Positions 28,694 through 38,647 of a stretch of DNA of 64,000 nucleotides are shown in pieces. Position numbers and translations under genes: made by a program. Positions within the stretch are counted from its first letter, which is position 1. Every line of letters begins with the position of its first letter. Source of the stretch: Myxococcota bacterium (GTDB taxonomy: Bacteria; Myxococcota_A; UBA796; GCA-2862545); contig JBCCQY010000030.1 in assembly GCA_039208735.1 (NCBI GenBank), positions 9,815 through 73,814 of the forward strand. The letters are read 5' to 3'. The notes under the pieces were generated by a model. That model was given only the letters and a program-made list of their open reading frames with translations, ran no database searches and was not told where the DNA came from.

Positions 28694-31252
28694 TCACGGT
28701 TTCTTCGAATCGCAGTCCGTGATGTAGCCCAGATCACAGAGGAGCTTGGCTTCCGCCTCCGCGGCGGCCGCTCCGGGGCCAATGCCCATTCGATCGGCTT
28801 CCGTAGGAGGAGGCACGAGTACCGTCCCCGGTTGCACCACGATGCTCGTGTCGCCCGTCGTCCACTGCGGGGCCCGCGCGTTCGAGGACCAAGGCACAGC
28901 CGCGCCATCGACGAGCAGGGTGGTGGCATTCGGTAGCGGGGCAGACTCGTCGAACAAGACGATGAGCACACCTTGGGGGTCCTCACCGGGGGTGAACGTG
29001 AGACCTTGGCCATCGTCGGCCAAGACCACCTCCCCGACCGTCGCCGGCAACCGCGTGGGCACCTCACCCCATTCCACGTTGGCCCGATGGTCGATCAACG
29101 TCTCCGGGTCGAGAACTTGGGCCACCCGAGCCACGCCGGGCCACGTCAGCGTGAACGCTGGAGCCTTGCGAAGTCGGACCCGAAACCCTGGACCCACCGG
29201 GATCTGGTGCGCGTGGCTGAGGTGCGCCCGATAGGGCTCAAGGTCTCGACCGGCGGCCAGATTGGTGCGTTCGCCGGGGTCGCGGTCCAGGTTGAACAGT
29301 TCTTCGTCACCTGACCCGGTATAGAGCACGTACTTGTGGCCTTCCACGACCACGCCCCAGCGCTCCTTACGGTACTGAACGTGGGCGATGGGAAGTCCTC
29401 GGCCTGGGAGATCGTCTGGCGTCGCGCCCAACAACACGGGCACGAGCGAACGTCCGTGCACGGGGGGAATCTCCGTAATGCCCAGAAGGTCGTAGACCGT
29501 TGGCGCGAGATCGATAAGCGACGCGGGGACCGGAAAACGCGCGCCCTTCGGAAGACCACCCCGGGGTCGAAACGCCAACAACGCGCGGGTCACTTCATCG
29601 TAGAGCGTATGGTTGTGCTCGAATCCGTCGTGGTCCCAGAACTCTTCGCCATGATCGGTGTGAATGACGACCAAGGTCCGGCCTGGCATCGCATCCAGCC
29701 GCTCGAACAATCGGCCCAAATGCACCGAGGTGAAGGCGAGTTCGCCTTCGTGCAAGGCTTCCAGGTGGGCCTTTCGCTGGGCGGTGAGACTGCCATCCCG
29801 CATCCAGCCGATGATTTGACCGCGGGTCGCACGGTCCGGAAGGGCGGGGTCTGGGTCGGTGACGAAGCGGTTCTTGAACGGTTCCGGCGCGTCGTAGCGC
29901 AGGTGTGGGTCCATCAGGTGCAAGAAGAGGAACGCGTCGCGATCGACATGGTCCTCCAACCAGCCGAGCGCGCGGTCGACTTGCGTGTCGGCCAACGCCG
30001 TCCCCTCGAACCGCCAGCTGTCGTACCCATCCGAAAACCCAAACCGCGGCTGCAGATGGACATTGGCGACAAACGCACCCGTGGCAAACCCATGGTTCGA
30101 CAGCGTGGCTCCGAGGCTCGGAGCCCCGACCGCTTCGAGGGGTCGCAGGCCCGTGGTTGCCGATCGGAAGGCTGGGCGCGTCCGGGGCGCCACCGACCAG
30201 GTTCGGTCAAACACCGCCGCGGTTCCGAGCACCGCATCCAACTCGGGCGTGGTGGGACGGTCGTAGCCAAAGAACGACAGGTGGTCCGGGCGCGTCGTGT
30301 CGATGCCCACGACCACCACCCGTCGGACATCCCCGTCAGGCGGCCCCCAAACCGTGGGAGCACCAAAGAACACCCAGTCGAATCGGGAGGTCGGCCCGGG
30401 ATCCGTGGCGAGTCGCAGCGTGACGGACTGTCCGGCGAATGGCGTGAGATCTGCTTCGAAGCGCTGAAATGATGGCCCAGGCTTGACTTCGATCCGCCCC
30501 AGTTCGATTTCAGCCCCCGCGTCCACCACGGCCAACACCGCAACCGCCCCATCGGACCGCACTCCGGGCACCGGCGGGGGAGCCATGGCAACGTGGGTCC
30601 GAAACGTCACCGGGCCTTTGGGCAAGGTCAACGACCACTCCGCCACCCCAGGCGCAGGCAGGCGCAGGCCCGATCGGGTGTGAGTGCCCAAGGTGAGGTC
30701 ACCCCGGGCGTGGGCCATTAGGTCGCCCGATGCGGCCTTGGGATCCCATTGGCGAAGCGTCTTGACGACGCCGGGGTAGGCCAATCGGACTTCGGAAGGC
30801 GCGGACGGCAAAGCCAGAAGTAGATTCTTGCCCCCGATCCGCCAGGTCGCCCGGCGCGCGGCTGCGGCAGGCACCCGGCTGAAGGGCACGACCACGCCAT
30901 CGACCTTCACCGACATCCCTGCGGGCCGAAACACCCGATCGTTGCGCTTCAGGGAAAACGGCAAATGAGCTCTGTAAACCTCCAAATTGCGCCGCACGTT
31001 TCGTGGGTTCGGCAACGGCTCGAACGTCAGAACAAACGAATCGTTGGCCGCGTCCAAACGGGCCGGGAGGTTGAGCGGAGGCCAGCTCATCGTGCCATCG
31101 AGCCGATGCAGCAGGCTTGGGGTGGAATGTCCCGCTCGCAAATCAGGAAATCCACTCGGCGTGCCTTCCGTGAGTCGAAACGGAACGTGAGCCGTGGGCG
31201 CCTCGGGAGGCACCACGGGGTCCTGACAGGTGCAGGACCACGCCAACAGCAA
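28694..31252 (-). CDS. Sulfatase-like hydrolase/transferase (alkaline phosphatase superfamily), probable lipoprotein
   Basis: IDTTRPDH, TTPELD, HLMDPH-x2-Y, TDHGEEFWDH-x3-EH-x-HTLY, DLAPT, ELFNL-x2-DPGE, LGY tail. Confidence 0.85.
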   Translation of the reverse strand: MLLAWSCTCQDPVVPPEAPTAHVPFRLTEGTPSGFPDLRAGHSTPSLLHRLDGTMSWPPLNLPARLDAANDSFVLTFEPLPNPRNVRRNLEVYRAHLPFSLKRNDRVFRPAGMSVKVDGVVVPFSRVPAAAARRATWRIGGKNLLLALPSAPSEVRLAYPGVVKTLRQWDPKAASGDLMAHARGDLTLGTHTRSGLRLPAPGVAEWSLTLPKGPVTFRTHVAMAPPPVPGVRSDGAVAVLAVVDAGAEIELGRIEVKPGPSFQRFEADLTPFAGQSVTLRLATDPGPTSRFDWVFFGAPTVWGPPDGDVRRVVVVGIDTTRPDHLSFFGYDRPTTPELDAVLGTAAVFDRTWSVAPRTRPAFRSATTGLRPLEAVGAPSLGATLSNHGFATGAFVANVHLQPRFGFSDGYDSWRFEGTALADTQVDRALGWLEDHVDRDAFLFLHLMDPHLRYDAPEPFKNRFVTDPDPALPDRATRGQIIGWMRDGSLTAQRKAHLEALHEGELAFTSVHLGRLFERLDAMPGRTLVVIHTDHGEEFWDHDGFEHNHTLYDEVTRALLAFRPRGGLPKGARFPVPASLIDLAPTVYDLLGITEIPPVHGRSLVPVLLGATPDDLPGRGLPIAHVQYRKERWGVVVEGHKYVLYTGSGDEELFNLDRDPGERTNLAAGRDLEPYRAHLSHAHQIPVGPGFRVRLRKAPAFTLTWPGVARVAQVLDPETLIDHRANVEWGEVPTRLPATVGEVVLADDGQGLTFTPGEDPQGVLIVLFDESAPLPNATTLLVDGAAVPWSSNARAPQWTTGDTSIVVQPGTVLVPPPTEADRMGIGPGAAAAEAEAKLLCDLGYITDCDSKKP

Positions 31253-31306
31253 CGAGAGCAGGACGACCTCCGAAATGCCCGCCAGACAAATCCGGCGTCT
31301 CGGAGA

Positions 31307-32338
31307 CTACATCGCCTGGTCAAGCTCTCGCTGGATGAGCTCCACGAAGACGTCCTCGGGAGGCACGCCGAAGACGGGGATCCCGTTGACGAAGAACGCG
31401 GGGGTCCCGTTCACCCCGGCCCGCACCGCCGCCGTCTCATCGTTGCGCACCGTGTTGACGTGCCGATCACTCGAGAGGCAGGATCCGAAGTCTTCATCGG
31501 AGAGGCCAAGCTCGGCCGCAAGGCCCTTGAAGTCATCGTCTGTCCAGGCCTTCTGGTCCGCGAACAACTTGTCGTGGTACTCCCAGAATTTACCCTGCTC
31601 GTTCGCACATTCCGCGGCTTGGGCGGCCCTCGCGGCCTGAGGGTGCCGCGGGAGGGGGAGGTGACGGAACACGACCGAAAGCTTATCGCCAAACTTAGCT
31701 TTTAAGCTATCGACGATCGGAGCGGCCTGCTGGCAGGCCGGGCACTGGAAATCCGAGAACTCGATGACCTGAACTTTCGCCGACTCCTTGCCCCATCGAG
31801 GGCTCGTTCCAGCCTCAACGGGCATGCGGAACATCGTCGTCTGCCGCACCACCTTGCTCTCTTCCTCGAGCTGAGCCACGTACTGGCGAAACAACGGGCC
31901 ACGTTGCTGATCTTTTAGGAACTCGGCAAGCTGTGGTTTGACCGCCTCGAGCGTGTCTTCCATCTGAGCTGCGTTCTCGGAGTACAGCGCCTCGATCTCC
32001 GCATCCGTGGGTTCGTCGACCTTGTCGTCGACCTCGCGCTTGATGATGTCTTCAATCGCAAGTCCCTGTTCATCGGACTTAGCCTCGAGCAGTCGCTCCA
32101 CGATCATGGAATCAATGGCGTTTTGCAGACGGTTCGCGGCTTCGACCTGCGCCTCGACGATTTGTGGGCCGGCGTATTCCAGTAGTTCTTCGCAGGTGAT
32201 CGGCCGCCCATCGATCTCCGCGACCACCGCAGGCATCCCCGGCATGCAGCTCGACGCCGCCTCGGCCGCGGACTCCGTCGTTGAGGGGTTCTTCGGGGTC
32301 ACGCAGGCCAGCACGGCCCATCCCACAAGTCCGATCAC
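31307..32338 (-). CDS. DsbA-family thioredoxin-fold lipoprotein with SurA-like N-domain
   Basis: VLAC lipobox, EFSDFQCPAC, FRHLPL, GVNGTPAFFVNG; GTGA overlap with upstream gene. Confidence 0.88.
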   Translation of the reverse strand: MIGLVGWAVLACVTPKNPSTTESAAEAASSCMPGMPAVVAEIDGRPITCEELLEYAGPQIVEAQVEAANRLQNAIDSMIVERLLEAKSDEQGLAIEDIIKREVDDKVDEPTDAEIEALYSENAAQMEDTLEAVKPQLAEFLKDQQRGPLFRQYVAQLEEESKVVRQTTMFRMPVEAGTSPRWGKESAKVQVIEFSDFQCPACQQAAPIVDSLKAKFGDKLSVVFRHLPLPRHPQAARAAQAAECANEQGKFWEYHDKLFADQKAWTDDDFKGLAAELGLSDEDFGSCLSSDRHVNTVRNDETAAVRAGVNGTPAFFVNGIPVFGVPPEDVFVELIQRELDQAM

Positions 32339-33540
32339 GGTGTCTCCTCCTGCACCGGCGGCGGGGCCGGTGGCCATCGTCCTGCTTCGTCACGCGTGTA
32401 CCGCACGACCAGTTGCAGGCTGCGTCCATAGCTCTGCACGCCGCCGGCCACCCCATTCGCTCGCAGATAGGCGTCATTGACCGCCCGAGAGACGTTGCCC
32501 ACCGGACCTTCGAAGCCCGTCCAAAACGCGTAGGCATCGTTGACATCCCGCTGCACACCGGGCAGACGCCGTCGGATCTCTCGGCCGAAGGCGATAGGGT
32601 CAGTGTTCTCGAGGGCCCTGAGCACCTGCCGTTGCGCGAACAAGTAGCCTCCGTATTGGACGAAGGGGTCGTCGCTATAGATGCAAGCGAGGAAGCCATA
32701 GAAATTGGCCTCGTTCTCGCTAGCCACGAAGCGTTGATGGGCCTTCTCGTGGGCCATCGTAAACACCTGCTGCCATTCGGGTGGCCCCGTGTTCACGTTC
32801 GCCTCGGCGGTAAAAGGGAAATAGAACCCTGCGATCCGAAGCCAGCTCGTCACGGGCCAAAACAGCTGGCGCTTGGCCAGACCTCGCGAACGTCCGAGGT
32901 CGGGATGCAGTTCATGGGCGACTTGTAGGGCGCTAAATCCGCGATCGACCGCCGCATCGATCTCCGGCCAAGGCCGGGGGGCTGCCGTAGGCACGAAGTT
33001 GTCCGGAGCGAGGTGAAGCAAGAGGTACCGCTCGTTCACCTCGTCAACGAGGCTTCGCGCAAGCCGAGCCAGCTCCTCGGCCTCGATCGATGCATGGGGG
33101 CGCTTATCCCAACCCCAACGCGCCTCCACGGGAGGCCTGGCGTACGAAAGTCCCCATACCAACAGGAACACGTCCGCCACCGTCAACGCGACTCCGATCC
33201 CGAGGAGGGCGGTACGAAGCACTTGGCGCACCGAAGGCCAGCCTCGACGCCAAAGGCCACGGATGAGCACTCCCAACCCGACGAGGACGCCGATGATGAG
33301 TCCGACCACGACGAATTCGGCCACCGAAAATGGCAACCCACGCGTGATCAGGTTGGGTAGACCCGCAAGCCAGGGCCCCACGCCATGGACGAACCACGCC
33401 TCGACCCTCGCCTCGTCCTGGGCAAAGGCACTCAGGGCCGCGAATCCCCCTGCCGCCAGGGCGACGAAGATGGCGATGCGACGGTCGGGCCGTGGTGGTG
33501 GAGGGTCGAGGGTGACGATGCGGACTGGCGTAATGTCCAC
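32335..33540 (-). CDS. DUF3810-like membrane protein with HExxH motif
   Basis: LPFSVAE, WGLSYAR, GFYFPFTAEANVN, HEKAHQ-x5-ENEANF. Confidence 0.8.
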   Translation of the reverse strand: MDITPVRIVTLDPPPPRPDRRIAIFVALAAGGFAALSAFAQDEARVEAWFVHGVGPWLAGLPNLITRGLPFSVAEFVVVGLIIGVLVGLGVLIRGLWRRGWPSVRQVLRTALLGIGVALTVADVFLLVWGLSYARPPVEARWGWDKRPHASIEAEELARLARSLVDEVNERYLLLHLAPDNFVPTAAPRPWPEIDAAVDRGFSALQVAHELHPDLGRSRGLAKRQLFWPVTSWLRIAGFYFPFTAEANVNTGPPEWQQVFTMAHEKAHQRFVASENEANFYGFLACIYSDDPFVQYGGYLFAQRQVLRALENTDPIAFGREIRRRLPGVQRDVNDAYAFWTGFEGPVGNVSRAVNDAYLRANGVAGGVQSYGRSLQLVVRYTRDEAGRWPPAPPPVQEETP

Positions 33541-33550
33541 GACGACGACG

Positions 33551-34741
33551 TCAACCCGGGGATGAGGCAGGAAGCGTCACGACGAATCGGGTTCCCACCC
33601 CCAGCTCGCTCTGGACGTCGATCGCACCCCCCATCTGATGGACGTACTGCGCGGCGATGGCCAATCCGAGCCCGGTCCCCCCGTAGCGATCCGCGTCCCC
33701 GTGTACTTGTTCGAACGGTTCGAACACGCGAGCCAGCGTTTCCTTGGACATGCCAATCCCCGAGTCCGCCACCGCGATGGCGATGTCTCGACCAATCCGG
33801 CCTACCTCGAGCCGAACTTCCCCACGCTCGGTGAACTTCGCAGCGTTGCCGATGAGGTTCGTGAGGACCTGGCGCAACCGTCGGCCGTCGGCATAAACCC
33901 AGATCTCATCAGGGCAATGGACCACCCAGCGATTTCCGTGTTCGGCCATCAAAGGTCGCGCAAGGTCATCGATCTCGTGGATTAAGGGCGGCAGATTCAC
34001 CGGCTGCTGACCGACTTCGCTGTGGCCCCGCTCGGCCTTGGCCAGATCGAGCACGTCGTTGACGATCGACAGCACGTGGGTGGCCGAGGTGTGGACTCGC
34101 GACAGATCGGAGAGCACCTCGTCGGTCGACATCGAGGCGTGCTCCTCCCGAAGCAGTTCGACGTAGCCAAGGATCGCATTGAGCGGCGTTCGCAATTCGT
34201 GGCTCATTTGTGCGTAGAACGTCGTCCGGGCGTCGACCGTGGCCCGAATCTGACGGTATTCCTCTTCAAACCGTCGACGGTCGCGAAGCCGTTGGGCCGA
34301 CCAGAGCATCGCCTCACGAACCGCACCGAGGCGCCCCACCGCACCGGAAGGAAACCCGTCGGACTGAACGAGCTCGAATCCCCCGAGTCGCGAGGACTCC
34401 CCCACGGCAAGCCACAACCGATGTCCCGCGGAGGCAGTTTCGCCGGTCTGCCAAAGGACCGAGCCGCCGTGACCCGACAACACGGGCGCCCAGGTGTGGA
34501 CCGCTCGGGGCTCGGCATCTCGTGGGGACCACCGCCAGGCCGGGGGACCCGTCCAATCGGCGAACCGCCAGCCGAACGTCGCGGTGGCCCGAGGCGCTAC
34601 CGATCGGACCGCTTGCAAGCCCGCCCGGCCGAGTTCCTCAAGCGTCGAGGCGACGAACAACGGTCGGACCACCCCAAACGCGAGATCGGTGCGGCTCGCC
34701 TTTGACGAAGGGTCCAGTACCGGCGCCCCAGAATCGGCCAT
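33551..34741 (-). CDS. Cytoplasmic sensor histidine kinase
   Basis: MSHELRTPLNAI, QVLTNLIGNAAKFT, DSGIG, FEPF, GTGLGL. Confidence 0.93.
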   Translation of the reverse strand: MADSGAPVLDPSSKASRTDLAFGVVRPLFVASTLEELGRAGLQAVRSVAPRATATFGWRFADWTGPPAWRWSPRDAEPRAVHTWAPVLSGHGGSVLWQTGETASAGHRLWLAVGESSRLGGFELVQSDGFPSGAVGRLGAVREAMLWSAQRLRDRRRFEEEYRQIRATVDARTTFYAQMSHELRTPLNAILGYVELLREEHASMSTDEVLSDLSRVHTSATHVLSIVNDVLDLAKAERGHSEVGQQPVNLPPLIHEIDDLARPLMAEHGNRWVVHCPDEIWVYADGRRLRQVLTNLIGNAAKFTERGEVRLEVGRIGRDIAIAVADSGIGMSKETLARVFEPFEQVHGDADRYGGTGLGLAIAAQYVHQMGGAIDVQSELGVGTRFVVTLPASSPG

Positions 34742-34789
34742 GTTCGAAGCGTAGCCACGTTCTGGGAATCGCGGGTCGATCGCAGGTCG

Positions 34790-35605
34790 TCATGCGTCCT
34801 GGAAAAACAACGTCACCGACCCTACTTGGAGCGTTTGCCCGTCCGTCAGCACGTGTTCGGTAATGCGTTGACCGTCGACCCATGTACCCGCGACGCTACC
34901 GAGATCGCGCAAAACGAAGCCCGATCCGTCCGACTGGACCTCACAGTGATTGCGGGACACCCGACCATCGAATTCGATTTGGATGGTGTTGTCGTCGGCA
35001 CGACCGATGCGCACCGGATCGTCGAGTCCACACACTTGATCGCCTGTGTCTGGGTCGAAGAAGATGATCGTCGCACCGGTGGCCCCGCCTTTGCGATGAA
35101 AGGTCACCCGCACGGCCGGCCCTGCGCTTTCATCGTCGGCGTCGTCGGGCACGAACGTGGGTTCTTCGGGCAAAATCCAAGGACGGTTGGCCGCGATATT
35201 CAACGTCCGGGCGATGTCGTCAATGACCTTCGCCTCGCTCGCCTCGATGGCCCCAAATCCAAAGAAGCCACCTGCCGCCAGGGCCACCTCGCGAGACAAG
35301 GTCACCACATCGTGGCATGGCGCACCAGCCAGGTTGTAGCGGCAGAGCGCGGCCAGGACCTGGCGCCCCCGATCCACGAACTCGGTGTCAGGGGGGCTCG
35401 CAAGCCAGCCATCGAGCATGGTGAGTCCGGCGGCATCCAGCCCGTAGCGGGTCTTCGCCGCCTCAAGAATGACCGCCCGTTCGCCGTCTTGGATGGCTCC
35501 GTCTGCCCAAGCCACTTCGACGAGAGGCAACAAGGCGATCACCCGTGCCGATGCCCGTTGGATCCCCATGTGCGCCAGCTCTTGCTCGAGTTCTGTCTCG
35601 GTCAT
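34790..35605 (-). CDS. TerB-like plus FHA domain protein
   Basis: LVEVAWADG-x5-ER (TerB-like); IGRADDN, VSRNH, DLGS-x2-GTWVDG (FHA). Confidence 0.78.
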   Translation of the reverse strand: MTETELEQELAHMGIQRASARVIALLPLVEVAWADGAIQDGERAVILEAAKTRYGLDAAGLTMLDGWLASPPDTEFVDRGRQVLAALCRYNLAGAPCHDVVTLSREVALAAGGFFGFGAIEASEAKVIDDIARTLNIAANRPWILPEEPTFVPDDADDESAGPAVRVTFHRKGGATGATIIFFDPDTGDQVCGLDDPVRIGRADDNTIQIEFDGRVSRNHCEVQSDGSGFVLRDLGSVAGTWVDGQRITEHVLTDGQTLQVGSVTLFFQDA

Positions 35606-35665
35606 CGCGGCTCCAGACCCCACCCAGGACGATGGCACCACATTACCCGGATGCGAGGAGGTTTC

Positions 35666-36205
35666 ATGGTTCGCTCTTTTGGAGTCGCTGCCTTTGGACT
35701 GCTCATCACGGGGGGGCTGATGACCGCTTGCGCCCCTCGCCCCGGAGCTCCCGCCACTCCCGATCCAGGAACCCCTACGGCTACAGGTCCTACCGCCCCC
35801 ACGCCGGCCCCCCAAGGCCCGGCGGAGGCCTCCGTGACCGAGGTCGCCGTTACCGGTGAGGCAGGGGCCTACACGTTTGCCGTGACCATCGCGAGTGATG
35901 AGACCGGCTGCGAGCAGTACGCAGACTGGTGGGAAGTGGTCACTGCCGAGGACGAAGGGCTGGTTTACCGGCGCATCCTCACGCACTCGCACCCCAACGA
36001 GCAGCCCTTCACGCGCTCCGGCGGGCCGGTCGACGTCGCGGCCGACACCGAGCTGTTGGTGCGCGCCCACCTCAACCCCTCGGGCTACCAAGGCTCGGCG
36101 CTTCGCGGCACCGTGGCGGATGGCTTTGCCACCGAGGTCGCAGCTGACGCTCTCGGAACCAGCCTCGAGACGTCGCCTCCGCAGCCTGACGGATGTTTGT
36201 TCTGA
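35666..36205 (+). CDS. Conserved hypothetical lipoprotein
   Basis: GAGGAGG SD, TAC lipobox, TGCEQYADWWEV, RILTHSHPNEQPFTRSG. Confidence 0.75.
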   Translation: MVRSFGVAAFGLLITGGLMTACAPRPGAPATPDPGTPTATGPTAPTPAPQGPAEASVTEVAVTGEAGAYTFAVTIASDETGCEQYADWWEVVTAEDEGLVYRRILTHSHPNEQPFTRSGGPVDVAADTELLVRAHLNPSGYQGSALRGTVADGFATEVAADALGTSLETSPPQPDGCLF

Positions 36206-36254
36206 CCGCTGTGAACGTTACGGAGCCCGCTGCGGAGGGCGTGTGGGCCGACCG

Positions 36255-36794
36255 ATGGAAGAGGTGGAGTTCGGTCGAGAGACCGAGGTGGTGCTGATCC
36301 CCGACGGGTATCGGCAACTCATGCCCGAGGGCACGCGCGGCTGGATCACACAAGTGCTTGGCGGGAACTACACGATCCAGCTCGACACGGGACGGCTGGT
36401 TCGCGTGTCGTCCGACGATGCCGACGCGATCGGAAAGAGCGATGAAGTCACGGCGCGCCCCGTACACGACCCGAACGCTCCCCTCGACGATGAGATGGTC
36501 TGGGATGCGCTCCGGCAGTGCTACGACCCCGAGATTCCGCTCAACATCGTCGAGTTGGGCCTCATCTATGACCTCGATTTGGAAAAGACCGAGGAAGGCC
36601 ACGATGTGCGCATCGCCATGACGTTGACGGCGCCAGGGTGCGGAATGGGCCAGATCCTCGCTGACGATGTCGAGGCCCGCGTGAAGGCCTTGCCGGGCGT
36701 GCAAACGGTTCGCGTAGAGCTGACCTTCGACCCGCCGTGGAGTCCTGAGCGCATGAGCGAGGAAGGGCGTCTCGAGCTCGGCATGTTCTACTGA
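36255..36794 (+). CDS. sufT: Fe-S cluster assembly protein SufT (DUF59)
   Basis: ITQVLGGNYT, CYDPEIPLNIVELGLIY, MTLTAPGCGMG, FDPPW. Confidence 0.9.
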   Translation: MEEVEFGRETEVVLIPDGYRQLMPEGTRGWITQVLGGNYTIQLDTGRLVRVSSDDADAIGKSDEVTARPVHDPNAPLDDEMVWDALRQCYDPEIPLNIVELGLIYDLDLEKTEEGHDVRIAMTLTAPGCGMGQILADDVEARVKALPGVQTVRVELTFDPPWSPERMSEEGRLELGMFY

Positions 36795-36818
36795 GGGCTC
36801 CCTTCGGAGTTCCTCACG

Positions 36819-37979
36819 ATGACAACGCTTCCGCCGTTGCTCGACGGCTACCTCGATGATTCGCACCGCGCGTTTGCCGAGTCCTGCCGACGCTTCGCAA
36901 CCGAGCAGATCGAACCCCACGCAGAAGCCTGGGAAGAAGCTGGAGAGTTTCCCCGTGAACTCTACCGCCAGGCCGCCGAGGCCGGCGTGCTTGCCCCCAC
37001 CTACGACGAGGCGTTGGGAGGCGGAGGGGGCGACGTATTCCATGGTGTTGTGGCGGGGACGGAACTGCTTCGGGGAGGAAGCACCGGGGTTGCCGTAGGG
37101 CTCGGCTCGCTGCAAATCGCCATCCCGCCTGTGCTCATGCTCGGCAATGACGACCAACTCGATCGCTTCGTCCGACCTGTTCTCGCGGGAGAACGCATCG
37201 CGGCCCTGGCCATCACCGAACCCGACACCGGATCGGACGTCGCCTCCATTCGCACACGGGCCCGCCGAGATGGCGACGACTACATCATCTCGGGTGCCAA
37301 GACCTACATCACAAGCGGGGTTCGCGCCGACGTCGTGGTGCTGCTGGCGCGGACCGGGGACGACCCGCACGGCGGGCTCACCTTCTTCGTCGTCGAAAAG
37401 GGCATGCCCGGATTCACGGTGTCTCGTGCCCTACGCAAGACGGGCTGGTGGGCCAGCGACACCGCCGAACTTGCCTTCGACGAGGTTCGGGTGCCCCTGG
37501 CGAATCGCCTTGGCGCCGAAGGGACGGGCTTTCCAACGTTGATGAAGGACTTCGAGTCCGAGCGGCTCATGCTTGCGGTCAACGGTACCGCGCTCGCCAC
37601 ATTGTCCCTCGAACACGCGCTCGCCTACGCCAAGCAGCGCGAAGCGTTTGGCCGTCCCATCGCCAAGTTCCAGGTCATCCGCCACAAGCTCGCCGACATG
37701 CGCACCCAGGTCGCGAGCGCCCAAGCCCTGACCTTCGCCGTCGCCGATCAAATGCGGAAGGGCCTGCCCTGCATCGATCAGGTCGCCATGGCCAAGAACC
37801 ACGCAAGCACGGTCGCACGGGAAGTTTGCTGGCAGGCCGTACAGATCTTCGGAGGCATGGGCTACATGCGCGAGACCGTCGTGGAGCGGTTCGCCCGCGA
37901 TGCCCGGCTGCTGCCCATTGGGGGCGGCACGCAAGAAGTGATGAACGAGATCATCTGGCGCTTTGCGCTCGAGGGATAA
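36819..37979 (+). CDS. Acyl-CoA dehydrogenase
   Basis: ALAITEPDTGSD, GAKTYITSG, REAFGRPIAKFQ, QIFGGMGY, IGGGTQE. Confidence 0.95.
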   Translation: MTTLPPLLDGYLDDSHRAFAESCRRFATEQIEPHAEAWEEAGEFPRELYRQAAEAGVLAPTYDEALGGGGGDVFHGVVAGTELLRGGSTGVAVGLGSLQIAIPPVLMLGNDDQLDRFVRPVLAGERIAALAITEPDTGSDVASIRTRARRDGDDYIISGAKTYITSGVRADVVVLLARTGDDPHGGLTFFVVEKGMPGFTVSRALRKTGWWASDTAELAFDEVRVPLANRLGAEGTGFPTLMKDFESERLMLAVNGTALATLSLEHALAYAKQREAFGRPIAKFQVIRHKLADMRTQVASAQALTFAVADQMRKGLPCIDQVAMAKNHASTVAREVCWQAVQIFGGMGYMRETVVERFARDARLLPIGGGTQEVMNEIIWRFALEG

Positions 37980-37981
37980 CG

Positions 37982-38647
37982 ATGCGGAGCAGCGCCATCA
38001 CCCATCCTGGACCAACCGGTTCGGTACCTGCCTACTGGATCGGACGGTTGTGGATGAACGTCTTTGGTTGGGACGTTGAGGAGCCCGGCCCCCAGGTGCC
38101 AAAGGGCATCATCATCGCCACCCCCCACACCTCGAACTGGGACCTGCCCCACATGCTTGCGGCCGCCTTTGTGTACCGCATCGAGGTCAAGTGGCTGGGC
38201 AAGCACACGCTGTTCCAGGGACCCTTCGGCTGGTTCTTCACCTGGCTCGGGGGCGTGCCCGTCGACCGCACGGCGCCCAAGGGGCTGGTGGGCCAGGTCG
38301 CCGACCGACTCACCGAAGCCTCAAAGCTCCTCATCGCGGTTCCGCCCAGTGGAACTCGGGAAAAACGAGATGCTTGGAAGTCAGGATTCTACTGGATCGC
38401 TCATACTGCCCAGGTTCCCGTGATTTGCGGCTACCTCGACTACACTCGGCGCCGGGCCAATTTGGGCTACACGTTCGTCCCCACCGGTGACGTGAAGGCC
38501 GACATGGACAAGGTCCGGGCGTTCTACGAAGGGGTTGAGGGCAAGTTTCCCGAGCTTCACACCGAGATTCGCCTCAAGGAAGAGGACGATCCAAGCCGAC
38601 TACCAGACGCGGCGAAGCGCGCCGAGGCCGAGCCGCAGTCCGAATAG
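37982..38647 (+). CDS. Lysophospholipid acyltransferase (PlsC family)
   Basis: PHTSNWD (HxxxxD), GGVPVDR, PSGTR, WKSGFY. Confidence 0.9.
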   Translation: MRSSAITHPGPTGSVPAYWIGRLWMNVFGWDVEEPGPQVPKGIIIATPHTSNWDLPHMLAAAFVYRIEVKWLGKHTLFQGPFGWFFTWLGGVPVDRTAPKGLVGQVADRLTEASKLLIAVPPSGTREKRDAWKSGFYWIAHTAQVPVICGYLDYTRRRANLGYTFVPTGDVKADMDKVRAFYEGVEGKFPELHTEIRLKEEDDPSRLPDAAKRAEAEPQSE

